Assembly: GCA_030427485.1 (NCBI GenBank)
Contig: JAUICG010000004.1
Coordinates: forward strand, 122,955 to 186,954
Length of the DNA: 64,000 nucleotides
Direction: 5' to 3'
Origin: Gammaproteobacteria bacterium
GTDB taxonomy: Bacteria > Pseudomonadota > Gammaproteobacteria > Pseudomonadales > Halieaceae
Part shown: piece by piece, positions 35,678 to 44,371 of the stretch
How positions within the stretch are numbered: the first letter of the stretch is position 1
Layout of the letters: each line of letters starts with the position of its first letter
Notes under the pieces: model-generated
Databases searched by the model: none
What the model saw: the letters and a program-made list of their open reading frames with translations, nothing else
Told to the model about the DNA's origin: nothing
Position numbers and translations under genes: made by a program

Positions 35678-38600
35678 ATCGACGAACTACAGCCGCGATT
35701 TTTTTGCCATAGGGCAGATTCGTCTCAGCGAGTTGTCCGTGTACAACTGGGGGTCGTTTCACGGTCTGCACAGCGCCCGCATCGACCCGGAGGGCACCTT
35801 GGTCACCGGCGATAACGGTTCTGGAAAATCGACCTATATCGACGCCCTGATGGCGCTGTTACTGCCCGCGGGCAAGGCGAGCTTCAATGTCGCGGCCGCG
35901 CAAGGCGACAAGGCGGATCGCTCTTTGCTGTCGTACATGCGCGGCAGTTTCGGTTCCGCGCACGATGGCGCTGCCACGCGCGTCAAGAGCAAGCGCGAGG
36001 GCGCAGTGGTCACCGCGCTGAGGGCCGCTTACCGCGCCGATGACGGCAGCGAGCTGACACTGCTGGCGATGTTCTGGACCACCCAGGCGAGCAATGCGCT
36101 GGCGGACGTCAAACGTGTGTACGCGGTGGCGCGTAGGAATGTCGGCTTGAAGTCCGTTCTCGATGCCTTCGGCGAGGGTAATGCGCGGGCGCTCAAACAA
36201 TGGCTGCGCGCCGATCAGGCGATTACCTGCTGCGACGAGAATTTTGCCGAATACCAGGAGTTGTATCGCAAGCTGCTGATGATGGAGAACCGCAACGCGC
36301 CGGCCTTGCTGTCACGTGCCCTCGGCTTGAAAAAGATCGATGACCTGACCGCGCTGATCCGCGAACTGGTGCTGGAGCCCAGTGGCGTCCGGGACGATGC
36401 ACGTAAGGTGGTTGCCGAGTTCGCCGACCTGGTGGCGATACATGCGCAGTTACTCGACGCTCGGCAGCAGCAGGCACACCTCGCCAGATTGCCGGAGTTG
36501 AAAGACGTGATCGACAAAGCGGAAACCGAAATCCGGTTGTTGAGCGAGGAAAAGCAGGGCCTGCCGGTGTATTTCGGCGAGTTGCTGGTCGCTTTGTTGT
36601 CCGAGCGGATCGCAGGGTTGGACGCGCAGCGGCAGGATCTGAAACTCGACATCAAACAGCGGGAACAGGCAAGGGAGGATGCGAACCGATTGGTTGAACG
36701 TCGGCACGAAGTGTATCTGCAGCTCGGCGGCGATCGGGTCGAATCGCTCAACAAGGAGCTGGAGCACACCCGGGAACGACTGAAGTTCGTCACTACTGAG
36801 TCATCCCGCTATCAACGAGCTGCCCGTGAACTGGAATGGTCCGATGCCCTGGAAGCGTCAGTGTTCCAGCAAAGTCAGGCATCGGCGGAGCAGGGCTTGG
36901 TATCCATCGAGAACGATACCAAGGCAAGTCAGGACCGCTTCGCTGAAGTCAGCGCGCAGTTGAGCGCAACGCAAGCGGAGATCAGGACAACCACCGATGA
37001 GATCGCCGAAATCACCGCACGGCCCGGTTCGAATATTCATATCGCCTATCAGCGCTTGCGTGACGAGCTGGTCGACTCGCTCGGCCTGCCTGCCGGGGAC
37101 TGCCTGTTCATCGGCGAATTACTCGATGTCAGGGACGAAGAGCGGTCGTGGCAGGGGGCCATCGAACGCGCCCTGGGTGGTTTGCGTACCACACTTGCAG
37201 TGCCTGAACAAAGTTTCTCGATGGTCACCAAATGGCTGAATGCGCGGCATACCGGCCTGCATGTTCGGGTTCAGGTGGTGCGGGAATCGAAGGTCAAAGC
37301 GCCGATGCCCGAGTTTCGCCCCGATGGTTTTCTGCGCAAGCTGGAGTGGCGGCAGCATCGTTATCGGGAGTGGCTGAAACAGCATTTGCAGCGCTTTGAC
37401 CTGTCCTGCGTTGCGGATACCGCGACGTTGGATGCCACACCCTTTTCCATGACGCGAGAAGGCCTGATCCACAAGGAAAAAGGGCGTTTCGAGAAAAAGG
37501 ATCTGGCGCGCATCGACGATCGTAACGAATGGCAACTTGGATTTTCCAATGCGTCGCGTTTGAAACTGTTGAACGAGCACCTGGCGAAACTGAATACACG
37601 TCTGACTGTGGAAAATGGCCAGGTGGACCAGGCGCGTGCGGACTGGGATCGATTTGGCAAACGCAAAAACCTGTTGCAACGGATCAGGGAAACAGAGTGG
37701 GAGAGTATCGACGCGCCTTACTGGAACGGCCGGCTGGCGCAATTGGACGACGAACTGAAGCGACTGCAATCCTCCAGTGGCGACCTGGAGGAGGCTCGCA
37801 AGGGGTGGGAGGCTGCCAAACAGGCGTTGCAGGATATATCGGATGCGATCATCGAACTGGCCCGTCAGCGCGGCGCCATCGAAAGTGAGCTGGCCGCTGC
37901 CCGAGCCCGCAAAAGCGAGGCGGTGGCAGAAGCGGAAAAAGGGCTTTCCGATACCTGCCGTGCAGCGCTCGTCGGGCGGGTCAGAACGATTTTAATCGAG
38001 GATCTCGAACGGGTATCCGCGATCATGTTCGACATCGAACGCGACCTGGACGGATTGCTGGCCCGGGCGCGTAACGACCAGAGTCAGGCGGAAAACTCCG
38101 CAATCGGTGTCATGTCCTCGTTTCGAGGTAAGGATCGCTGGCAGTCGTTGACCGCGGACTGGCCCGCGGGTCTGGCCGGTCTGACGGATTTCCTCGATCA
38201 CCTCGAGCGACTGGTCAGCGAGGGCTTGCCAGCGCTGGTAGAGCAATTCGTCGAACGGCTCAACAGACATGCCACACAGTCACTGGCACGGATCAAATCA
38301 CGCCTGGACAGCGAGCGCGAAGACATACTCGAGCGCATCGATGTCATCAACCAGGTCCTGGCGCGTACCGAGTTCAGACAGGGCTCTTACCTGAAGCTGG
38401 GATCGCGCCGGGAAAAATACCCGCATGTGCAGGATTTCGAGAAGCAGTTGAATCTGGTGCTGAGCCAGGTTACCAGCGATGATCATGAGGGACGTTTCCA
38501 GCAACTTGAAACGGTGGTGGCGATACTGGAAAAGGCCAGCACAGTCGGCACGGCCAGCACGCTCGAAAGCCTGCGTCTGCTCGATCCCCGCTATCAACTT

Positions 38601-39083
38601 TCGTTCTTTGCCGAGGAAGTCGGCTTCGAAGACGGCGAAACGCGTGACGTGCTGGATTCCTCCAGTGGAAAATCCGGCGGCGAAAAGGAATCCTTCGCCG
38701 GCACCATCGTCGCCGCGAGCCTGGCTTACGTGCTGACCCCCGAGGGACATGACCGGCCGGTATATTGTACCGTGTTCCTCGACGAGGCTTTTTCCAACAC
38801 CGCCGAGGCGGTCAGTCGCCGGGTATTGAAGGTCTTCAAGGCCCTGCATATCCATGTGAACCTGATTACCCCGTACAAGAACCTGAATCTGGCGCGGGAT
38901 TCGGCCCGTGCCTTATTGATTGCAGAACGCGATGCGGAGCGGCACGAAAGCCATCTGTGCGAAATCACCTGGGAGGAGGTGGACCGGCGTCTGGGTGAGC
39001 AGCGGGAGGTGAAACTGGCAGATGATCTGCTGCGGCTGGATATCGAAATTGAAAACCGTCCCGGAATGACCAGCGATGTCTGA
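35670..39083 (+). CDS. jetC: Wadjet JetC (SMC/MksF-like ABC ATPase)
   Basis: The ATG at 35670 overlaps the jetB stop (ATGACTGA); the track ORF starts at 35604. Walker A is VTGDNGSGKSTYIDAL. A long coiled-coil middle follows. The C-terminal signature/Walker B region is SSGKSGGEKESFAG...YCTVFLDEAFS. Confidence 0.9.
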   Translation: MTESTNYSRDFFAIGQIRLSELSVYNWGSFHGLHSARIDPEGTLVTGDNGSGKSTYIDALMALLLPAGKASFNVAAAQGDKADRSLLSYMRGSFGSAHDGAATRVKSKREGAVVTALRAAYRADDGSELTLLAMFWTTQASNALADVKRVYAVARRNVGLKSVLDAFGEGNARALKQWLRADQAITCCDENFAEYQELYRKLLMMENRNAPALLSRALGLKKIDDLTALIRELVLEPSGVRDDARKVVAEFADLVAIHAQLLDARQQQAHLARLPELKDVIDKAETEIRLLSEEKQGLPVYFGELLVALLSERIAGLDAQRQDLKLDIKQREQAREDANRLVERRHEVYLQLGGDRVESLNKELEHTRERLKFVTTESSRYQRAARELEWSDALEASVFQQSQASAEQGLVSIENDTKASQDRFAEVSAQLSATQAEIRTTTDEIAEITARPGSNIHIAYQRLRDELVDSLGLPAGDCLFIGELLDVRDEERSWQGAIERALGGLRTTLAVPEQSFSMVTKWLNARHTGLHVRVQVVRESKVKAPMPEFRPDGFLRKLEWRQHRYREWLKQHLQRFDLSCVADTATLDATPFSMTREGLIHKEKGRFEKKDLARIDDRNEWQLGFSNASRLKLLNEHLAKLNTRLTVENGQVDQARADWDRFGKRKNLLQRIRETEWESIDAPYWNGRLAQLDDELKRLQSSSGDLEEARKGWEAAKQALQDISDAIIELARQRGAIESELAAARARKSEAVAEAEKGLSDTCRAALVGRVRTILIEDLERVSAIMFDIERDLDGLLARARNDQSQAENSAIGVMSSFRGKDRWQSLTADWPAGLAGLTDFLDHLERLVSEGLPALVEQFVERLNRHATQSLARIKSRLDSEREDILERIDVINQVLARTEFRQGSYLKLGSRREKYPHVQDFEKQLNLVLSQVTSDDHEGRFQQLETVVAILEKASTVGTASTLESLRLLDPRYQLSFFAEEVGFEDGETRDVLDSSSGKSGGEKESFAGTIVAASLAYVLTPEGHDRPVYCTVFLDEAFSNTAEAVSRRVLKVFKALHIHVNLITPYKNLNLARDSARALLIAERDAERHESHLCEITWEEVDRRLGEQREVKLADDLLRLDIEIENRPGMTSDV

Positions 39084-40290
39084 GCCGGAAGCTGCCACGT
39101 GGGGCATCATGCCGGAACAGGCCGCGGCTCAGGCACGCAAAAGGTACTGGGACAATCGCCCGGTTTTGAAAGCCTTGATGACCGGTGAGCGCGGTTTCCC
39201 GCTACATATCCCGCTGAAGCCGCCCAACGCCAGACAACCCTTGGAGAATCTGGCTCATCTGCGGGATTGGATCGAAGTCTGGAAAAAGTTCACCATGCCG
39301 GACCTTCTGCACTGGAAAACGGTCAGTTTTCGCCAATTGGGCCAACAGCGACTGCCCGCGCGAATCACCATCGGCAACTTCCAGCAGCTCACGCAACTCT
39401 GCGGTCCGTCCGCGAACGCGCAATCCGCGCGATGGCAGGCGAATATGCTCCCGCTGCTACGGCAGTATCCACATGAGCGGGTCTATCCTGTTCTAGTCAG
39501 GCACATCGAGGCCGTTGAAAGTCTTGGTAGGAATGATGCTGAATTACTCACCCATGTATTGCCGCAGTTGCATCGAGGGCTCGGCGCGGGTGGTTACCTG
39601 CGTGCGCTACCATTGCAGGGTGCCGATACCAAGTTTGTCGAAACATGTTCGGGCCTGATCGAAGCACTACTGGATGCGGTGCATGATGGAGAGATCACAG
39701 CGTCCGGCGGCCTGTATTCCTGGCTGGATTGCATCCACCTCCCCAGAGGGCTTGCCCAGGGCGTACCGGTGGTACGTCCTCTGAGTGCGGATACGCGGCA
39801 TGCTTATCAGGGTTTGTCGCTGTTTCAGTTGAGCGCGGAATTGCTGCGGCAACATGCACTGCCGGCTGCCAACATCCTGGTGGTGGAGAATCTTCAATCG
39901 GGTCTGGCCTTGCCCGATCTTGACGATACCATTGCCGTGATCGGCGGGGGGCGGAACGTTAGCTGGATGAATGCGTCCTGGTTGACGGCGAAACGTGTCG
40001 GTTACTGGGGCGATATCGACAGCTGGGGGCTATCCATATTGAGTGATGCTCGCACCAGTCTGGCCTCAGTGGAGCCATTGATGATGGATGTTACTACGCT
40101 AAATGCGCACGAAGAGCGGATGGTGCAGGAACCCGAACCGTTGAACACGCTACCCGCACAGTTGACCGGTCAGGAACAGCAATTGTTCCTTGATCTCGCA
40201 GCCGGCCGGTTCCTTTCTACCCGTTTGGAACAGGAAAGGATTTCATCCGATTTTATCAGCGCTGCACTCGAAACCTGGTTAGTATCCTAG
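39076..40290 (+). CDS. jetD: Wadjet JetD (DUF3322 + DUF2220 Toprim-like nuclease subunit)
   Basis: 404 aa. It overlaps the jetC stop by 8 nt. The C-terminal NILVVENLQSGLALP...IGGGRNVSW...VGYWGDIDSWGLSILSDAR is the Toprim/DUF2220 signature. Confidence 0.88.
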   Translation: MSEPEAATWGIMPEQAAAQARKRYWDNRPVLKALMTGERGFPLHIPLKPPNARQPLENLAHLRDWIEVWKKFTMPDLLHWKTVSFRQLGQQRLPARITIGNFQQLTQLCGPSANAQSARWQANMLPLLRQYPHERVYPVLVRHIEAVESLGRNDAELLTHVLPQLHRGLGAGGYLRALPLQGADTKFVETCSGLIEALLDAVHDGEITASGGLYSWLDCIHLPRGLAQGVPVVRPLSADTRHAYQGLSLFQLSAELLRQHALPAANILVVENLQSGLALPDLDDTIAVIGGGRNVSWMNASWLTAKRVGYWGDIDSWGLSILSDARTSLASVEPLMMDVTTLNAHEERMVQEPEPLNTLPAQLTGQEQQLFLDLAAGRFLSTRLEQERISSDFISAALETWLVS

Positions 40291-40317
40291 CGCAGCATCG
40301 AAACCTGAGAAAAAAAT

Positions 40318-41961
40318 TCAATCCTGCCGGTGATCCGATACCAGAAGGAGTTGGAAGGGATTCTGATGGCCGTCTTGTCTCTCAGGGGTAGCTGTAAGGC
40401 CGAGAACGTATCGTGCTCGAACTTCGTTCAGTACCATCTCAACGCGCGGCGCGGATACGTGGTGGCATTCGTCAACGATTACATGGCCGTATTCCTGAAT
40501 AATCTGAGAAACAGTGTTTTCTTTCTTGTTTATCAAACTTTGATATGTCGCTATATCAATGTTGCCGGTGGGCTTTTTCTTTCCCCCGCGGATGACGCCA
40601 ATCTCCGCTTCTGGTAAAAACGAATGCAGTCTAGCCTGCCATTGAGCAAGTAATTGGCGACTGTGTACAAGAATGAGCGTGTTTACTTTGCGCTTGGTGA
40701 TCATTCCGATAGCCGTCACTGTTTTCCCGAACGCTGTAGGTGCATGCAGGATTCCTGCATCGTACTTGCTCATTTCCTTTATGGCGGCTTGTTGATTTTT
40801 CCTCAAAGCTAATAACGGCTTCATACTTGAAAGTTTTATGCCCAACTCACGCTTGTCATCGATTTGAACGTCTATATTGTTCTCTTTCAATAGCGCGAGC
40901 GCATCATCCAAACACCCTCTGGGCAATGCCAGGTAGCCACGTTCAATGCGAGCACAGGAAATGAATCGAGGAATGCCGTGGGTCAAAAAGCGAAGCGCCT
41001 GTGTCTTAAAGAAAACCGGATTTGAAAAGCTGGCTAAACGCCTTAATCTCGCTAAAAGAGCACTTGGTAGTGCCTTTGCCTCAAAGTAGATGTGGTTGGC
41101 CAGCGTTATCGTAATCTGTTGTGGCGGGCTGTCCAGAATCAGAGGTTTGGGTTTGGCTGTCACCTCCCAGGGCGGCAGGATATCGGTAACGTCCTGCTTT
41201 GAAATCAGGCTTTCATTGGGGGAAATCTTTGAAAGAAGTTGATTTAGCTCCTGTCTGGAAAGTTTCTTTATCTGTGAGAGGTGTTGCCATTGATCCTTAA
41301 TGACATTCAAATCTGCATCGACAGAAAAGCTATTGCCCGTGTGTCTGGCTTCGCGCTGTAGTGGTAATGCAATCAAATTGCCAAATCCTCCTTCAGGCAG
41401 AATATCCTGATTAGGAAATAATCTGTCATAGGAGTTGAAAGACAGGTTCGGATAAATCTACATCGCTTTTACTTCGTCTTGCCAGCTTCCTTTATCAAAA
41501 TCGGCGGCCAACAAATAGCATGTGTTGTTGTGGAGCAATGGATACAGGCCCACAACCTGTTGTCCCGCCAGGTGGCGATAGATGATTTGATCGGTTGATT
41601 CGCTGAACTGGCGGTGTGTGCAGTCAAGACATTTGATCCTCGGTTTGTTGCAGACACCCTGAACCCACTCATTGTCACAGGCTACGGAATAGCCACTTCG
41701 TCCTCGCTGGTTTTCCCAGCGATTGGCAAAAATATCAGTGCGCCCACGAAACAGATTTCTGAAAACTGCTATCTTTTGTTCCGGAGAAAAGGAATCTGAA
41801 ATGGGCGGTGCTGGCCTCGATTCTTGCAGTTCTGCTCTGAGCGTGATGAGCTGCTACTTTTCTCGTTCAAGCTCAACCAGCCTCGAATCGATAACGGAGA
41901 GATCAGGAAATTTATCTCCGCTGCCGCGTAGCTTCTCTTCGGTTGGAGAGCGATCAGGCAT
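40318..41961 (-). pseudogene. Degraded archaeo-eukaryotic-primase (AEP) + SF2 DEAD/DEAH helicase fusion gene (TOTE-conflict-system-like)
   Basis: One frame of 548 codons carries two internal TAG stops (41856-41854 and 41460-41458). The N-terminal part reads ...EQKIAVFRNLFRGRTDIFANRWENQRGRSGYSVACDNEWVQGVCNKPRIKCLDCTHRQF...GLYPLLHNNTCYLLAADFDKGSW, then SYDRLFPNQDILPEGGFGNLIALPLQ. Helicase motifs are HAPTAFGKTV and VIVDECHH...LTATPERQDG. The frame then ends, so helicase motifs IV-VI are absent. Confidence 0.75.
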
Positions 41962-42322
41962 GAACCTGAGGTGGTTTGATCAGCGACTCAGCCGGAATAC
42001 CCAAACCTTCGTGGAGCTTCCAGATCATCTTTAAAGTCAGCGAGCGCTTGTGATTTAGGATCTCGTAAACGCGATTACTTTTGCCGATCATCGGCTCCAG
42101 GTCTTTTACGGTTAAGCCCTTGCGTTCCATCTCGAACTTGATTGCCTCAACAGGATCGGGCAAATCCATCGGGAAATGCTTGGCTTCATAAGCCTCAATA
42201 AGCGTGACCATGACATCCAGCTTTTCGCCTTCTGGAGTGTCTGGTTCAGCCATCATCAGGCTTTCAACTTCATTTAATGCCGCGCGGTAGTCGGCATCAG
42301 TTTTAATGGGTTTGATGTCCAT
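41954..42322 (-). CDS. higA: HigA-type HTH antitoxin
   Basis: 122 aa. ...DADYRAALNEVESLM...EAIKFEMERKGLTVKDLEPMIGKSNRVYEILNHKRSLTLKMIWKLHEGLGIPAESLI contains an XRE HTH. Its stop overlaps the pseudogene ATG (ATGCCTGA). Confidence 0.85.
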   Translation of the reverse strand: MDIKPIKTDADYRAALNEVESLMMAEPDTPEGEKLDVMVTLIEAYEAKHFPMDLPDPVEAIKFEMERKGLTVKDLEPMIGKSNRVYEILNHKRSLTLKMIWKLHEGLGIPAESLIKPPQVHA

Positions 42323-42339
42323 GATTGATCCTCCGGCAG

Positions 42340-42642
42340 TTAAATGGTTTGTACATCAATCTTGTCGTACTGCATATGGGTGCCAATAAAGCGGATGTAG
42401 ACAACTCGGTAGGCATAGTTGATCCACACGACAAGTCGATACTTGTTCCCCGCGATATTGAAAACCACTCGGCCATCTTTAAGGATGCTGGCATTTCCAA
42501 AGTCCTGCTTTACCTCGGCAGGCGAACTCCAGTCGGCTTGCAAGGCATGACGGTACCAGGCCAAAGTTGGCTCCTTTGCATCCTGATATTCCGGGTTCTC
42601 TTCCCAGAAGGCTTTCAGGGTCGACAGTGCGATGATTCTCAT
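42340..42642 (-). CDS. higB: HigB-type mRNA-interferase toxin
   Basis: The in-frame ATG at 42642 gives MRIIALSTLKAFWEENPEYQDAKEPTLAWYRHALQADWSSPAEVKQDFGNASILKDGRVVFNIAGNKYRLVVWINYAYRVVYIRFIGTHMQYDKIDV, the classic HigB_toxin family sequence. Confidence 0.88.
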   Translation of the reverse strand: MRIIALSTLKAFWEENPEYQDAKEPTLAWYRHALQADWSSPAEVKQDFGNASILKDGRVVFNIAGNKYRLVVWINYAYRVVYIRFIGTHMQYDKIDVQTI

Positions 42643-42805
42643 GTGTCCGATATAATAGTCCCAAAATGGGACTATAGCAACAGCTTTTTTGGTCAAGCGC
42701 AGATTTGGATAACACCATCAACCTGTATATCCTCTTGAAATAGCGTTCGAATGAGACATCGAGTGCTTACGAATTTGTGGAAAAAATGAGCTCATTTCAA
42801 GAAAC

Positions 42806-42826
42806 TTCTGAGCATGGTATTTTTCA
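42806..42826 (+). repeat. Island repeat element, copy E (21-nt stub)
   Basis: TTCTGAGCATGGTATTTTTCA is identical to the first 21 nt of copy D (44121-44141). Similarity ends exactly between the two ATGGTAT units. Confidence 0.8.
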
Positions 42827-42902
42827 AACGACGTTCAGATGCCAGTATTTTATCCAGGCTGGCGTTATTGCCGGCCATAATCGCGCCATATATATGTATT
42901 AT

Positions 42903-42933
42903 ATGGCGTGAATAAGTACTAGAATCACGCCAT
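42903..42933. promoter_or_regulatory. Palindrome overlapping the fic paralog 2 start
   Basis: ATGGCGTGA-N13-TCACGCCAT with 9-bp perfect arms. The right arm ends in ATG 42932. Confidence 0.4.
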
Positions 42934-44076
42934 GAGATGGATATGGCAACAATCTGATTGGCCTGGTTTCCGCTACGACGAGCTTCCTCTCGAACACAGG
43001 GAACTTGAGTTTCGCCTGAACTCAGAGCGTCTGGCGGGTAGCTTTGATGCACTTCCTCAAGCGTCCCAGGCGGAGGCCATGATCGATTTGATGCTTTCCG
43101 AGGCCATCAAAACCAGCGCCATTGAGGGCGAGAATCTGGACAGAGAGTCGGTCAGGTCATCGCTGCTCTCATTAATTACCTCGGATACGCTGCCGGATAA
43201 CTCAGACCAGAAAGCGGCGGGAGCTGCATCGTTGCTGGTGGACGTTCGCAAGAACTGGCAAACATCCCTGTCGCATGACCTGCTGGGCAAGTGGCAGTCC
43301 ATGGCTATCCCGGAACAGCGCTACACGCCTGTTGTGAGAGGTGCATACCGCAATGATCCTTCACCAATGCAAATCGTGAGCGGGCCTTACGGAAGCGAAA
43401 AGGTTCACTATGAGGCCCCACCAGCGGCCCGGGTGCCTGATGAAATGGTGAAGTTTATCGAATGGTACAACCAATCCAGTCCCTTGAATGGGGATAAGAC
43501 AATACCCGGGATTGCCCGAGCAGGTATTGCTCATCTCTGGTTCGAAGTGATTCACCCCTTCGATGATGGTAATGGTCGGGTTGGCAGGGCGATCGCTGAC
43601 CATGCACTTTCGCAGTCGCTCGGCTATCCAACCACGGCTTGTCTGGCTACAGCAATAGAGGGGGAAAAAAATCCTATTATCTGCAACTGGAGAAAGCGAG
43701 TCGTGGAAGCCAGGATATTAACGCCTGGCTGGATTATTTCGCAGACACAATCATCAAGGCACAGGAAATTGCCAGAGATGAAGTGAATTTTGTACTGGCT
43801 AAGACACGTTTCTACGAAGCTTACGGCGATCATCTGAATGAACGGCAGGCGAAGATGGTATCTCGGGTGTTCGCTGAAGGACGAACAGGCTTTGAAGGCG
43901 GAATAACGACCAGAAAATATGAAGTCATCACCAGGTGCCCCAATCGAACAGCCAGCCGTGATCTTTCTGATCTGGTTGCCAAAGGTATAATCATACCGTT
44001 ACCAGGTGGTGGTAGAACAACGCGATATGAGTTGACGATTGTTAAACCGGTTCGGTCTGGTCCGACGAAGAAGTAA
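42932..44076 (+). pseudogene. Fic/DOC family protein paralog 2, frameshifted in a G5A7 tract
   Basis: Track ORFs 42932-43786 and 43639-44076 are the two halves. Most residues are identical to paralog 1 by eye, including HPFDDGNGRVGRA. At 43660-43671 (GGGGGAAAAAAA), adding one A restores ...IEGEKKSYYLQLEKA..., colinear with ...IEADKKTYYLQLEKA... in paralog 1. Confidence 0.85.
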
Positions 44077-44118
44077 GTTACCCTGTGGGTCGTTGATTTT
44101 TTGTGTCGATTAGCAGGA

Positions 44119-44226
44119 TTTTCTGAGCATGGTATTTTTCATGGTATTACGATTTAGCAGAGTAATAAGCCACTGTATCTAAGAGACAAAAATGGCCTAT
44201 TTACAATCGAGCGGGAGCGAGCGGCA
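44119..44226 (+). repeat. Island repeat element, copy D
   Basis: ttTTCTGAGCATGGTATTTTTCATGGTATT - AT-rich - aatggCCTATTTACAATCGAGCGGGAGCGAGCGG. It lies 43 nt after the fic-2 stop and 146 nt upstream of the TPR-Fic gene. Confidence 0.9.
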
Positions 44227-44371
44227 CACAGTATCGTGTTCGAGTGCCGCCACGCCGGGACACCGTTGCCGACTCAGCCAGCGGATGCACGTATAACACA
44301 ATTGTTTCCGTCATTGCCTGCAGGCGGCAGCCGAGTCTGCAGGAAGCCGGATTTGCACAGGGGGGCAGGAG

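Noticed and set aside
36215-38855. Minus-strand ORFs inside jetC (36215-36793, 37119-37769, 38298-38855 and others)
   Set aside because: They are antisense to a gene with clear Walker A/B and coiled-coil architecture. The products are S/R/C-rich or otherwise compositionally odd.
41458-41856. The two in-frame TAG codons of the AEP-helicase as programmed recoding (read-through or pyrrolysine)
   Set aside because: TAG is used as an ordinary stop in this window (for example jetA at 34904-34906 and the 58-aa ORF at 53081-53083). The gene also lacks an AEP motif region and its helicase C-terminal half, so simple decay is the economical explanation.
17567-44226. Island repeat copies as integron attC sites or a CRISPR array
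   Set aside because: There is no imperfect inverted-repeat structure with R''/R' (RYYYAAC ... GTTRRRY) cores and no intI. The copies are 1.3-12 kb apart and ~105 nt long, so they are not CRISPR repeats. No cas genes are present.
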